A DNA stretch of 63,523 bases, the filler included, from Octopus bimaculoides (Eukaryota), in NCBI RefSeq assembly GCF_001194135.2. It is 10 parts of 8 records of this genome, joined end to end, with 100 filler letters (N's around TTAATTAATTAA, not from the genome) between each part and the next. Parts side by side here need not be neighbours in the genome. Positions count along the whole stretch, not along the records: positions 38,881 to 43,440 come from NW_026374180.1; positions 43,541 to 54,767 come from NC_068981.1; 8 more parts are not named here. One strand, 5' to 3'. Below, in pieces: positions 38,992 through 50,306 of this stretch; position 1 is the first letter of the stretch, and every line of letters begins with the position of its first letter. A program made the translations under genes and the position numbers. Under the pieces are notes generated by a model that worked only from the letters and a program-made list of their open reading frames with translations, made no database searches and had not been told where the DNA came from.

Positions 38992-39862
38992 TACAATTGC
39001 GATGGGTAAATTGTCGCCATTTTATATTTTCAAACTCGCGCATGCGCATTGTTTGCTTTTGATTTTATCAACTACACAGTATAGTAGGGTCAGTTGGGCA
39101 GCATCTGTGAGAAAAACAACACCACGACGCAATTCACTCTGCCAGAGATTTGGAAACGACATGATGTACTGCTGGGCATTCATGCTGGAAGCTCCAATAT
39201 GAACATGTCAGTGTTTGGGTGCCAATCTGAGGACATGTATCGACAATGGCGAAAATCAAACATCCAGTCAACATCATGGTGTTTGGAGGGATCACTAGTG
39301 ATGGCCACGTTATGCCTCCATTCATCTTCCCACACAGCCTCAGACTCAATATGGAAGCCTACATCAAGTGCCTGGAGGAGGTAGTGCTGCCCTGGGCCAA
39401 GAGGGTGGCTACTAAAAGACACTACGTCTGGCAACAGGTCTCTGCACCATGCCACACAAGTAGGAGAACCCAGTCATGGTTGTCAGACAATATCTGCAAC
39501 CACACCACCCCTAACATCTGGCCACCTAACTCCCCAGACTGCAAACCCCTTGATTATTATGTGTGGGACGCAGTTGAGTGAGAGACCAACAAATGTCCTT
39601 GTAACACCAAAGATGAACTGTAGGCAAGGATTATGGCAGCATTCACCAACTTAAACAAGGAGACCGTCCGATGAGTTGCAGAACATTCCAAAGTCGTCTG
39701 GAGGCTGTGGTTGAAGCCAATGGCGATTTTATTGAATAAATTTATTCTTTAGTATTTCAAGATATTTTTATGTAATTTTGGTAAATATATTTATTAAAAT
39801 GAGATGTCAGTGTTATTTTCATTTTTGCGTAATTTGGAAGACAGTTTATTCACTGCACCCTG
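38992..39862 (+). mobile_element. Internally deleted DD37D (maT-type) Tc1/mariner element
   Basis: WQQ(V)SAPCHTS...WPPNSPDCKPLDYYVW with 37 residues between the second and third catalytic positions; right end CACCCTG|TA; degenerate left TIR at about 38992. Confidence 0.88.
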
Positions 39863-40614
39863 TATATGTACACACACATATACACACACNNNNNNNNNNN
39901 NNNNNNNNNNNNNNNNNNNNNNNNNNNNNNNNNNNNNNNNNNNNNNNNNNNNNNNNNNNNNNNNNNNNNNNNNNNNNNNNNNNNNNNNNNNNNNNNNNNN
40001 NNNNNNNNNNNNNNNNNNNNNNNNNNNNNNNNNNNNNNNNNNNNNNNNNNNNNNNNNNNNNNNNNNNNNNNNNNNNNNNNNNNNNNNNNNNNNNNNNNNN
40101 NNNNNNNNNNNNNNNNNNNNNNNNNNNNNNNNNNNNNNNNNNNNNNNNNNNNNNNNNNNNNNNNNNNNNNNNNNNNNNNNNNNNNNNNNNNNNNNNNNNN
40201 NNNNNNNNNNNNNNNNNNNNNNNNNNNNNNNNNNNNNNNNNNNNNNNNNNNNNNNNNNNNNNNNNNNNNNNNNNNNNNNNNNNNNNNNNNNNNNNNNNNN
40301 NNNNNNNNNNNNNNNNNNNNNNNNNNNNNNNNNNNNNNNNNNNNNNNNNNNNNNNNNNNNNNNNNNNNNNNNNNNNNNNNNNNNNNNNNNNNNNNNNNNN
40401 NNNNNNNNNNNNNNNNNNNNNNNNNNNNNNNNNNNNNNNNNNNNNNNNNNNNNNNNNNNNNNNNNNNNNNNNNNNNNNNNNNNNNNNNNNNNNNNNNNNN
40501 NNNNNNNNNNNNNNNNNNNNNNNNNNNNNNNNNNNNNNNNNNNNNNNNNNNNNNNNNNNNNNNNNNNNNNNNNNNNNNNNNNNNNNNNNNNNNNNNNNNN
40601 NNNNNNNNNNNNNN

Positions 40615-40940
40615 AGACCGGGCGTTGTGAGGGTTTATTGAGCGAAAAACACCTAAAAGCTCCACGAGGCTCCGGCAGGGGGATGGTGGCGGACCCTGCT
40701 GTACTCTTTCACCACAACTTTCTCTCTCTCTTACGTCCTGTTTCTGTTGTGCCTGTAATTCAAAGGGTCAGCTTTGTCACACTGTGTCACGCTGAATATC
40801 CCCCCGAGAACTACGTTAAGAGTTACACGTGTCTGTGGAGTGCTCAGCCACTTGCACGTTAATTTCACGAGCAAGCTGTTCCGTTGATCGTCGGATCAAC
40901 TGGAACGCTCGACGTCGTAAGCGACGGAGTGCCAACAACA
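40615..40940 (+). mobile_element. SINE family A (head in gap)
   Basis: Reverse complement of the 7.6 and 29.5 kb copies; ends GACGGAGTGCCAACAAC. Confidence 0.9.
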
Positions 40941-41104
40941 TATGTTTGTATGTGTATATACACATATATGTGGATGTATCAGGATGGGAGAGGCAGCTGT
41001 AAGAGCCTCTTGTTGGCTTTGGAGTAAGAGAGAAGAGTTCAGCTGGAAGCCTGGAGGAGATAAAGAGTAGTGACGTGGCCACCCCTGCTGAACCACGAAC
41101 GGGA

Positions 41105-41243
41105 AGGTGTTACGGTTTCCGTCTACCCAAGTTCGCTCACAAGGCTTTGGTCTGCTCGAGGCTATAGAAAGAAAACACTTGCCCAAGGACTAAACCTGGA
41201 ATCATGTGGTTGGGAAGCAAGCTTCTTACCACAATCCCACGCC
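41105..41243 (-). mobile_element. SINE family B head fragment
   Basis: TTTCCGTCTACC...CACAAGGCTTTGG...CACTTGCCCAAGG...CTTCTTACCACA. Confidence 0.7.
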
Positions 41244-41307
41244 ATATGTGTGTGTATGTGCGTGTGTATATACACACATGCATGTATACATAGATATACA
41301 CACTTAC

Positions 41308-41420
<113 letters not shown>

Positions 41421-41623
41421 ACAAATTTAAAAGGGTGGCTTATTAACAATTAGAAACTAAAGGCAAAATTAATAGAGGTCACGAAAGTGAGGTCACAAAA
41501 CGCACAACAAACGCACTGTAGTGCGTTTGTAGTGCCTTTGAGTTAGTTTAACTCTTATCTTTAGCAAAAGCGGTGCTTACAGTACCCTCTCTCACTTTTG
41601 AGACCTCTGTGTGTGTGTATATG

Positions 41624-41685
<62 letters not shown>

Positions 41686-42371
41686 AATACATAGGCATAC
41701 ATGTGTATAATTACACATGTATGTATACATACACACACACACACACAGAGCATATGCACATTTCAAATATATCAATACATACCTACATATACATACACAC
41801 ATATATATATATATATATATANNNNNNNNNNNNNNNNNNNNNNNNNNNNNNNNNNNNNNNNNNNNNNNNNNNNNNNNNNNNNNNNNNNNNNNNNNNNNNN
41901 NNNNNNNNNNNNNNNNNNNNNNNNNNNNNNNNNNNNNNNNNNNNNNNNNNNNNNNNNNNNNNNNNNNNNNNNNNNNNNNNNNNNNNNNNNNNNNNNNNNN
42001 NNNNNNNNNNNNNNNNNNNNNNNNNNNNNNNNNNNNNNNNNNNNNNNNNNNNNNNNNNNNNNNNNNNNNNNNNNNNNNNNNNNNNNNNNNNNNNNNNNNN
42101 NNNNNNNNNNNNNNNNNNNNNNNNNNNNNNNNNNNNNNNNNNNNNNNNNNNNNNNNNNNNNNNNNNNNNNNNNNNNNNNNNNNNNNNNNNNNNNNNNNNN
42201 NNNNNNNNNNNNNNNNNNNNNNNNNNNNNNNNNNNNNNNNNNNNNNNNNNNNNNNNNNNNNNNNNNNNNNNNNNNNNNNNNNNNNNNNNNNNNNNNNNNN
42301 NNNNNNNNNNNNNNNNNNNNNCATCGGAGCAAAACCTATATTAAAATAACTACGGCATGCTCTTCAGATGA

Positions 42372-42990
42372 CATATAGAGGACACATGGAAAAGATATCT
42401 CGATGATTGTTTCCTAATTTGGACCGATTTCCTAGAAAATCTGGAAAAATTCAGCACCCTTCTCAACAATCTACACCCTGGTCTCAAATTCACAAGAGAA
42501 ATTAGCAACACACAATTACCATTTCTTGACATAATGGTAATTAAAAACAACACCACAATCAGAACTGATATTTATTACAAAAGCACAGACACACAGCAGT
42601 GTCTAAATTCCAAATCATGCCACACAAAACGCAGCATCCCGTACTGTGTAGTCAGGAAAATTTGTACTATAGTCGATGATCCAAATACCACGAACATGCA
42701 ACCTATAGAACTCAAAGGATTTCTGCTCAAGCAAAAATACTCTCTCCTTCTTATAGAAAATAGTATACAACGAGCAACAGAGATACCTGTAGAAAAACTT
42801 AGGGCAACACGAGAAAGACGAACCCATCAATGAAACACAATACCATTTCTAGTAACACACAGTCCACATCAGCAAAACGTTTTTAACATCATCAAAACAA
42901 ATTTGCCAATCATGAAACGAAGTGAAAAATTAAGAAACATAATAACTAATAAAACACTTTAAAAAGGAAACCACATAACTTAAAGAAACT
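42372..42990 (+). mobile_element. Penelope-like element reverse transcriptase fragment
   Basis: Frame 42372-42833 reads WKRYLDDCF...LHPGLKFT.E...LPFLD...TDIYYKSTDT...SIPY; after a frameshift it continues IPFLVTHSP...NLKKLLTKAKF. Confidence 0.9.
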
Positions 42991-43052
42991 ATTAACAAAG
43001 GCAAAATTCAACATGAACAAACAGGATGGAATGTGTCAATACATGCATATCG

Positions 43053-43192
43053 GTTGTTGTTGTTGTTGTTGGCACTCTCCGTCGCTTACGACGACGAGGG
43101 TTCCAGTTGATCCGATCAACGGAACGGCCTGCTCGTGAAATTAACGTGCAAGTGGCTGAGCACTCCACAGACACGTGTACCCTTAACGTAGT
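43053..43192 (-). mobile_element. SINE family A 3' fragment
   Basis: (GTT)n GGCACT..CGTCGCTTACGAC...CCTTAACGTAGT. Confidence 0.85.
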
Positions 43193-43540
43193 GTTACGCT
43201 TTAAAAAAAAAAAACAGAAGTACCAGGATCGGTTCATTCGACTAAAAATTCTTCAAGAATTACACTGTGCCCCAGCATGGCCACAGTGTAACGAATGAAA
43301 CAAAGAGAAGGTTTAAAAAATGCATATATTGTATATACATATATTGTACATACATACATACATTTATACATACATACACGCATATATACATTCTTACATA
43401 CATATATACTTACATACGTATATATTTATATATAAATATANNNNNNNNNNNNNNNNNNNNNNNNNNNNNNNNNNNNNNNNNNNNTTAATTAATTAANNNN
43501 NNNNNNNNNNNNNNNNNNNNNNNNNNNNNNNNNNNNNNNN

Positions 43541-43586
<46 letters not shown>

Positions 43587-43593
43587 TGTGCGT

Positions 43594-43851
43594 GCGTGGC
43601 TCAGTGGTTAGGGTATTCGACTCACGGTTGCAAAGTCGTGAGCTCGATTCTCAGCTGTGCGTTGTGGCCTTGAGCAAGACACTCAACTGGCACAAATGAG
43701 CTGTACCTGTAGTTCAAAAAGTCAGCCTGAGAACTACGTTAAAGGTACGTGTGCCTGTAGAGTGCTCAGCCACTTGCGCATTAATTTCACGAGCAGGCTC
43801 TTCCGTTGATTGATTCAACTGGAACATTTGTCGTTGTGACCGACGGAGTGC
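43594..43851 (+). mobile_element. SINE with family-A 3' end and a different tRNA head
   Basis: TGGCTCAGTGGTTAGG...CTCGATTC head; 3' part GAGAACTACGTTAA...GACGGAGTGC. Confidence 0.75.
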
Positions 43852-44798
43852 TAGTTATGTGTGTGTGCATGTGTGTGTGTGTGAACGTGTGTGTGTTAGA
43901 AATTTGTCTTGAACGTATGCGCGTGTGTCATGACGCTGTATTTTAACACCAAAGTAGTTTATACCCAATAAACACAACGAAGCATCTACAAACACTACAG
44001 AACTACACGCAGTCATTCTACCGTTATATCAACAAACGCACATATATATAAAAAGCCACAAATATTTATAGATAAGTGGTCAACATATGTAAAAAATTAC
44101 GGTCGAATTTCATGCACGAACTGCTAAGTTATTTGAAGAAGTGTATTGTTCTGTGGCGACCAGAGTGATTCGAAGCCGGATATTTTAAAGTATTCTTTAT
44201 GAATTCCTGAGTAATATCCAACTCCATTTGAGTTCAATTTTAGTAATAATTAACAATTTGGAAAACAATTCTCCATTTAGCCTTTATATAATAATTTTTT
44301 TTTTCAAGGAGCGAGATCGATAATAAAATTCATGCTCTACCAAAACAATTATTGACCATTCAACGGATGACATCGCTTTCAATTTGTCATTCAGCAGTTA
44401 GTATCTTTTTGCTTCGCAGCTGGAGAAGAATTTTCACGTATAATTTTAATTTTAATTTTTTTTTTCTTAAGTGCTTTCCTGAACACTGACTTTCAACATT
44501 TTTATTACTATAGCATTTTGTTGATATTATTAATTAATTGAATAATTTACGTTATCTCAGCTTTCTGTCTATAGCATCGACAAAACAACATTCACCAGAA
44601 CCAATTGTAAACAGTCTGATAATAACACACCTTTTCAAATACAAAAAAAAATAATAATAATCTTAATTGCCAACCAAAATATATTTTATAATAAACAAAC
44701 ACTTTTCTCTGTCTCTCTCCCTTTCTCTCTTTCTGTGTGTGTATGCATATATCTATCTGTCTATCTATTTACCTTCTTACCTATCTATCTATCTATCT

Positions 44799-44843
<45 letters not shown>

Positions 44844-45620
44844 NNNNNNNNNNNNNNNNNNNNNNNNNNNNNNNNNNNNNNNNNNNNNNNNNNNNNNNNN
44901 NNNNNNNNNNNNNNNNNNNNNNNNNNNNNNNNNNNNNNNNNNNNNNNNNNNNNNNNNNNNNNNNNNNNNNNNNNNNNNNNNNNNNNNNNNNNNNNNNNNN
45001 NNNNNNNNNNNNNNNNNNNNNNNNNNNNNNNNNNNNNNNNNNNNNNNNNNNNNNNNNNNNNNNNNNNNNNNNNNNNNNNNNNNNNNNNNNNNNNNNNNNN
45101 NNNNNNNNNNNNNNNNNNNNNNNNNNNNNNNNNNNNNNNNNNNNNNNNNNNNNNNNNNNNNNNNNNNNNNNNNNNNNNNNNNNNNNNNNNNNNNNNNNNN
45201 NNNNNNNNNNNNNNNNNNNNNNNNNNNNNNNNNNNNNNNNNNNNNNNNNNNNNNNNNNNNNNNNNNNNNNNNNNNNNNNNNNNNNNNNNNNNNNNNNNNN
45301 NNNNNNNNNNNNNNNNNNNNNNNNNNNNNNNNNNNNNNNNNNNNNNNNNNNNNNNNNNNNNNNNNNNNNNNNNNNNNNNNNNNNNNNNNNNNNNNNNNNN
45401 NNNNNNNNNNNNNNNNNNNNNNNNNNNNNNNNNNNNNNNNNNNNNNNNNNNNNNNNNNNNNNNNNNNNNNNNNNNNNNNNNNNNNNNNNNNNNNNNNNNN
45501 NNNNNNNNNNNNNNNNNNNNNNNNNNNNNNNNNNNNNNNNNNNNNNNNNNNNNNNNNNNNNNNNNNNNNNNNNNNNNNNNNNNNNNNNNNNNNNNNNNNN
45601 NNNNNNNNNNNNNNNNNNNN

Positions 45621-45680
45621 CGGAAGAAAAAAAAACGGAAGAAAAAAAACGGAAGAAAAAAAACGGAAGAAAAAAACGGA
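45621..45680. repeat. (CGGAAGA7-8)n minisatellite at a gap edge
   Basis: About four units visible. Confidence 0.8.
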
Positions 45681-46766
45681 TAGGGAAAAAATGTGTCGGT
45701 ATTAACGGTTTAACATGATGAAATGACCGAGCCTATCTGACTGTCTGTCTTGCAGGTCTATTTGTTCATATATGCTTTTGATATATATAGAATGAAATTG
45801 GGATTCTTGAATATTTTTGCTATCTTCTTACAAAGCTTCTGAGGAACCATCTGAGAAACGCCTAACGAAACCGTCAAATGCACTTCGGCCTTGTTGGGCC
45901 TGGTCAATGGCGTATACTCGCAGTCAGCCACATGCCTAGACGAGATTTATCTCTTTCGATATAGAAAACAGTGAATAATATTTTCACTGGTGTTGTGAAT
46001 AGCTGCCGGGATGAATAAATAATCCGGTGTATGCAATTGAAGCAGTATTAATTTAAAATAGCTATCTATGTATCATACATAATCTATTTACTCCAGTTTT
46101 CGTCTGGTATAAAACGAAATGATTTTTGTCTTCCTCTGACACATATTGTTTTCGAACATAGCACGCCCATAAGGGATTTTGTTCCTGGCGGACGAAAATC
46201 GCAGTACTTGTCACTCAACAGGCAATATCTCTTATACATATACATATATATATGTGTGTGTGTGTGTGGTACAAAAACACATAAGGAGAGTAAAAGAATG
46301 TTGAGAGAGAGAAAGAGAAAGAGAGAAAGAGAAAGAGAGAAAGAGAAAGAGAGTGAGTGAGTGAGTGAGTGAGTGAGTGAGTGAGTGAGTGAGTGAGTGA
46401 GTGAGTGAATGAGTGAGTGAGTGAGTGAGTTGGTGTGAGAAAGGAGAGAAAGAGAGTGGCTTTCTCCTCTTGTTTCTAAAATCTATTATATGTGTATTTA
46501 TGATTGACTAACTGAATGAATGAATGAATGAATGAATGAATGAACTTGTGAAAGTGAGTGAGAAAAACATTGAGAAAAAGGCGAGTAAGATGAGGGGAAC
46601 CAAGATGAGGGGAACCGAGGTGGGGGACCGTAAACAACGTGAAGAGATGTTGAATTCGCATCATTATTTGTTGACGAATTCGCTCGGAAAATGTTTGTTT
46701 TTTACACTCAACATAACATTGACATTTATAGCCAAAGAAAGAAAGAAGGAAAGAAAGAAAGAAGGA

Positions 46767-46802
<36 letters not shown>

Positions 46803-47200
46803 AGGAAGGAAGTCTGAACACACTGACAAATGTGAAGAAGGGAAGTTGAAATAAAAGTAGGAAGGAAATAAAAGAATATTAAAAATGAGAAATAACAAAA
46901 AAAAATATCAGTAAAAGTGTGACGTTGTTTTTTCGTTAACGCTATGCGTGTATGCTTGAGTGTGTGTGCGTGCGCACGCGTGTGTATACGTGTGTGTGTG
47001 TGTGGTTATGTGTGTATGCTTGCGCGCGTGTGTGTATACGTGTGTGTGTGCGTGCGTGCGTGCATACAAGTTGCAGTTAATTTACTGTTATATGGCTTAA
47101 ACTTTGCTTATAGTAACCGTCAAGAAGGAGCTCAGAACCTCCGTTTAATGCACACATACACATACACACACGCACGCACACACACACACACCAGTGTGTG

Positions 47201-47231
<31 letters not shown>

Positions 47232-47683
47232 ATGTATGTGAGTATGTATGTATGTATGTATGTATGTATGTGAGTATGTATGTATGTATGTATGTGTTGT
47301 GTCGACGCCCCCAGGCGAAGAAGTAGGATCTCCCAAGACATATAAATAGAGGTAGCCTGGCCGTGGTAGGGGTGTTGAGTAGCAGTTGAGTAGAAGTTGT
47401 GTAGCGGTTGAGTAGAAATCATCCGAAGGTGCTAGATAGCAGTAGCGTTGGGACATAACTGTATGTATAGTTGAAAATTAAGATAAATATGAACATAAAT
47501 ATTTAGTCCCTCCATACATTTCATCATTGCAGTTATTTGGAACTCAGCATTTGATATTCAAAGTGCATTTGGATGACTGACTACAATGGATCATCAGAGG
47601 GAAACTTAATTGCATTCTCTTACAAAAATCTAATATCGCATACATACACACATACATACATGTTGGCACACATACATACATTG

Positions 47684-47899
47684 TTCCAATCGATCCGATC
47701 AACGGAACAGCCTGCTCGTGAAATTAACGTGCAAGTGGCTGAGCACTCCACAGACATGTGTACTCTTAACGTAGTTCTCGGGGATATTCAGCGTGACACA
47801 GTGTGACAAGGCTGGCCCTTTGAAATACAAGCACAACAGAAACAGGAAGAAAGGGTAAGAGAAAGTTGTGGTGAAAGAGTACAGCCATTGCGCCTCCAC
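47684..47899 (-). mobile_element. SINE family A, internally deleted
   Basis: Body joins directly to the terminal CCATTGCGCCTCCAC. Confidence 0.85.
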
Positions 47900-48535
47900 A
47901 TACATACATACATACATACATACATACATACGTGTGTAAACATATGTATGCATGTATGTCTGTATGCACTAATATATCTACGTATACCAAAAGGTGTGTG
48001 TACATTCTATTTCAAATATAAATATACAATTTATTATACTTAAACATATATTTAATGAGTTGCAGCTGACTTTGTTAAAAAAAAAAGCAATAATCTACTT
48101 TGAAAATGTAGTTTAACGGCTTCCACATGACACTAAAAGCATTGTTTTATTTCATTGATATTATATATATTATTCATTAAAATATCATTCGTATTTGATT
48201 CATAGTTTAAGACGTTTTACCGATGTTTCATTTCGTATTTCACATACGCACACATACACATATACACATACATACATACATACATACATACAATATGGCC
48301 GTTAGTGAGACTTACAAGCGCAAAGGATCGTTTAGTATGTGTCTTTGAACGTTTTTCCTGCAAGTATGTCAATTTAAAGGTTGTGGATCTGTAAATGGCT
48401 CTATTTTCTTCTTTTACAAATGAGACAAACACTTTCTGCTCATCAACTTAGATCTAAAGAATATTTTCAACCACATGGAATTCCGCTAATACAAAATTCG
48501 GGACGGCCATCGATAGTAACAATACCACCAATATT

Positions 48536-48756
48536 GGCATCAAATTTTGGCTCAAGGCCAGCAATTTCGGCTTAAGGGTTTAGACGATTACACCCCCACC
48601 CCCACCCCCAGTACTCAACTGGTGCTTATTGGCTCCGAAAGGATGGAAGGCAAAGTCGACCTCGGCGGAATTTGAACTCAAAACCTAAAGACGGGTTAAA
48701 TACCGTTAAGCATTTTTCCCAGAGTACTAACGATTCTGCCAGCTTATCACCTTAAT
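48536..48756 (-). mobile_element. SINE family C
   Basis: Minus strand AAGGTGATAAGCTGGCAGAATCGTTAG...GAGTTCAAATTCCGCCGAGGTCGACTTTGCC...GCTGGCCTTGAGCCAAAATTTG. Confidence 0.85.
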
Positions 48757-48761
48757 ATGAG

Positions 48762-48881
48762 ATGCTTACAGTACCTAGGTTTCCCAAGCGGTCACCCATC
48801 TAAATACTAACTAGGCTCGACGTTGTTTAACTTCGGTGATCGGACGAGAACCAGTGCATTCAATGTGATGTGACCGTTAGC
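48762..48881 (-). pseudogene. Full-length (120 nt) 5S rRNA retrocopy
   Basis: Minus strand GCTAACGGTCACATCACATTGAATGCACTGGTTCTCGTCCGATCACCGAAGTTAAACAACGTCGAGCCTAGTTAGTATTTAGATGGGTGACCGCTTGGGAAACCTAGGTACTGTAAGCAT is collinear with metazoan 5S rRNA; scattered substitutions and no oligo-T terminator. Confidence 0.92.
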
Positions 48882-49256
48882 AGCAATACCACCAATATTA
48901 ACGTCAAGACTACTGCTCCGCGTGTGAGCAATTTGCAAAACCGTAAGGGCCTTACTCATTTCATTTGATCTTTACAATTAAATCACGGTGTTCTTCACTG
49001 CTATGAAAAGATCCAATTGCTTACATGAAGCAGTTTTAAAAAGATCGAGGAGGAATATCACCCAAATTTAAGTCACTGCATATTGGATCCAATGTTAATT
49101 GATCCATACGACAGCATACTGTGATGTACTAAATCTAACATTATAATGGATCGCCGAGCCCCCAGAAACAAATTTTTTTACTTATAACACCTTTCTTCCT
49201 TCCATTTAATTTTTTCTGTCGTCTGTACTCTGTGTAAGTTGGGTCTATTTGTATAA

Positions 49257-49293
<37 letters not shown>

Positions 49294-50261
49294 CACATTT
49301 TTATAAGATAAAGATATAATCATAAAATAATTATATCAGTATATTATTTACATTACGTNNNNNNNNNNNNNNNNNNNNNNNNNNNNNNNNNNNNNNNNNN
49401 NNNNNNNNNNNNNNNNNNNNNNNNNNNNNNNNNNNNNNNNNNNNNNNNNNNNNNNNNNNNNNNNNNNNNNNNNNNNNNNNNNNNNNNNNNNNNNNNNNNN
49501 NNNNNNNNNNNNNNNNNNNNNNNNNNNNNNNNNNNNNNNNNNNNNNNNNNNNNNNNNNNNNNNNNNNNNNNNNNNNNNNNNNNNNNNNNNNNNNNNNNNN
49601 NNNNNNNNNNNNNNNNNNNNNNNNNNNNNNNNNNNNNNNNNNNNNNNNNNNNNNNNNNNNNNNNNNNNNNNNNNNNNNNNNNNNNNNNNNNNNNNNNNNN
49701 NNNNNNNNNNNNNNNNNNNNNNNNNNNNNNNNNNNNNNNNNNNNNNNNNNNNNNNNNNNNNNNNNNNNNNNNNNNNNNNNNNNNNNNNNNNNNNNNNNNN
49801 NNNNNNNNNNNNNNNNNNNNNNNNNNNNNNNNNNNNNNNNNNNNNNNNNNNNNNNNNNNNNNNNNNNNNNNNNNNNNNNNNNNNNNNNNNNNNNNNNNNN
49901 NNNNNNNNNNNNNNNNNNNNNNNNNNNNNNNNNNNNNNNNNNNNNNNNNNNNNNNNNNNNNNNNNNNNNNNNNNNNNNNNNNNNNNNNNNNNNNNNNNNN
50001 NNNNNNNNNNNNNNNNNNNNNNNNNNNNNNNNNNNNNNNNNNNNNNNNNNNNNNNNNNNNNNNNNNNNNNNNNNNNNNNNNNNNNNNNNNNNNNNNNNNN
50101 NNNNNNNNNNNNNNNNNNNNNNNNNNNNNNNNNNNNNNNNNNNNNNNNNNNNNNNNNNNNNNNNNNNNNNNNNNNNNNNNNNNNNNNNNNNNNNNNNNNN
50201 NNNNNNNNNNNNNNNNNNNNNNNNNNNNNNNNNNNNNNNNNNNNNNNNNNNNNNNNNNNNN

Positions 50262-50306
<45 letters not shown>

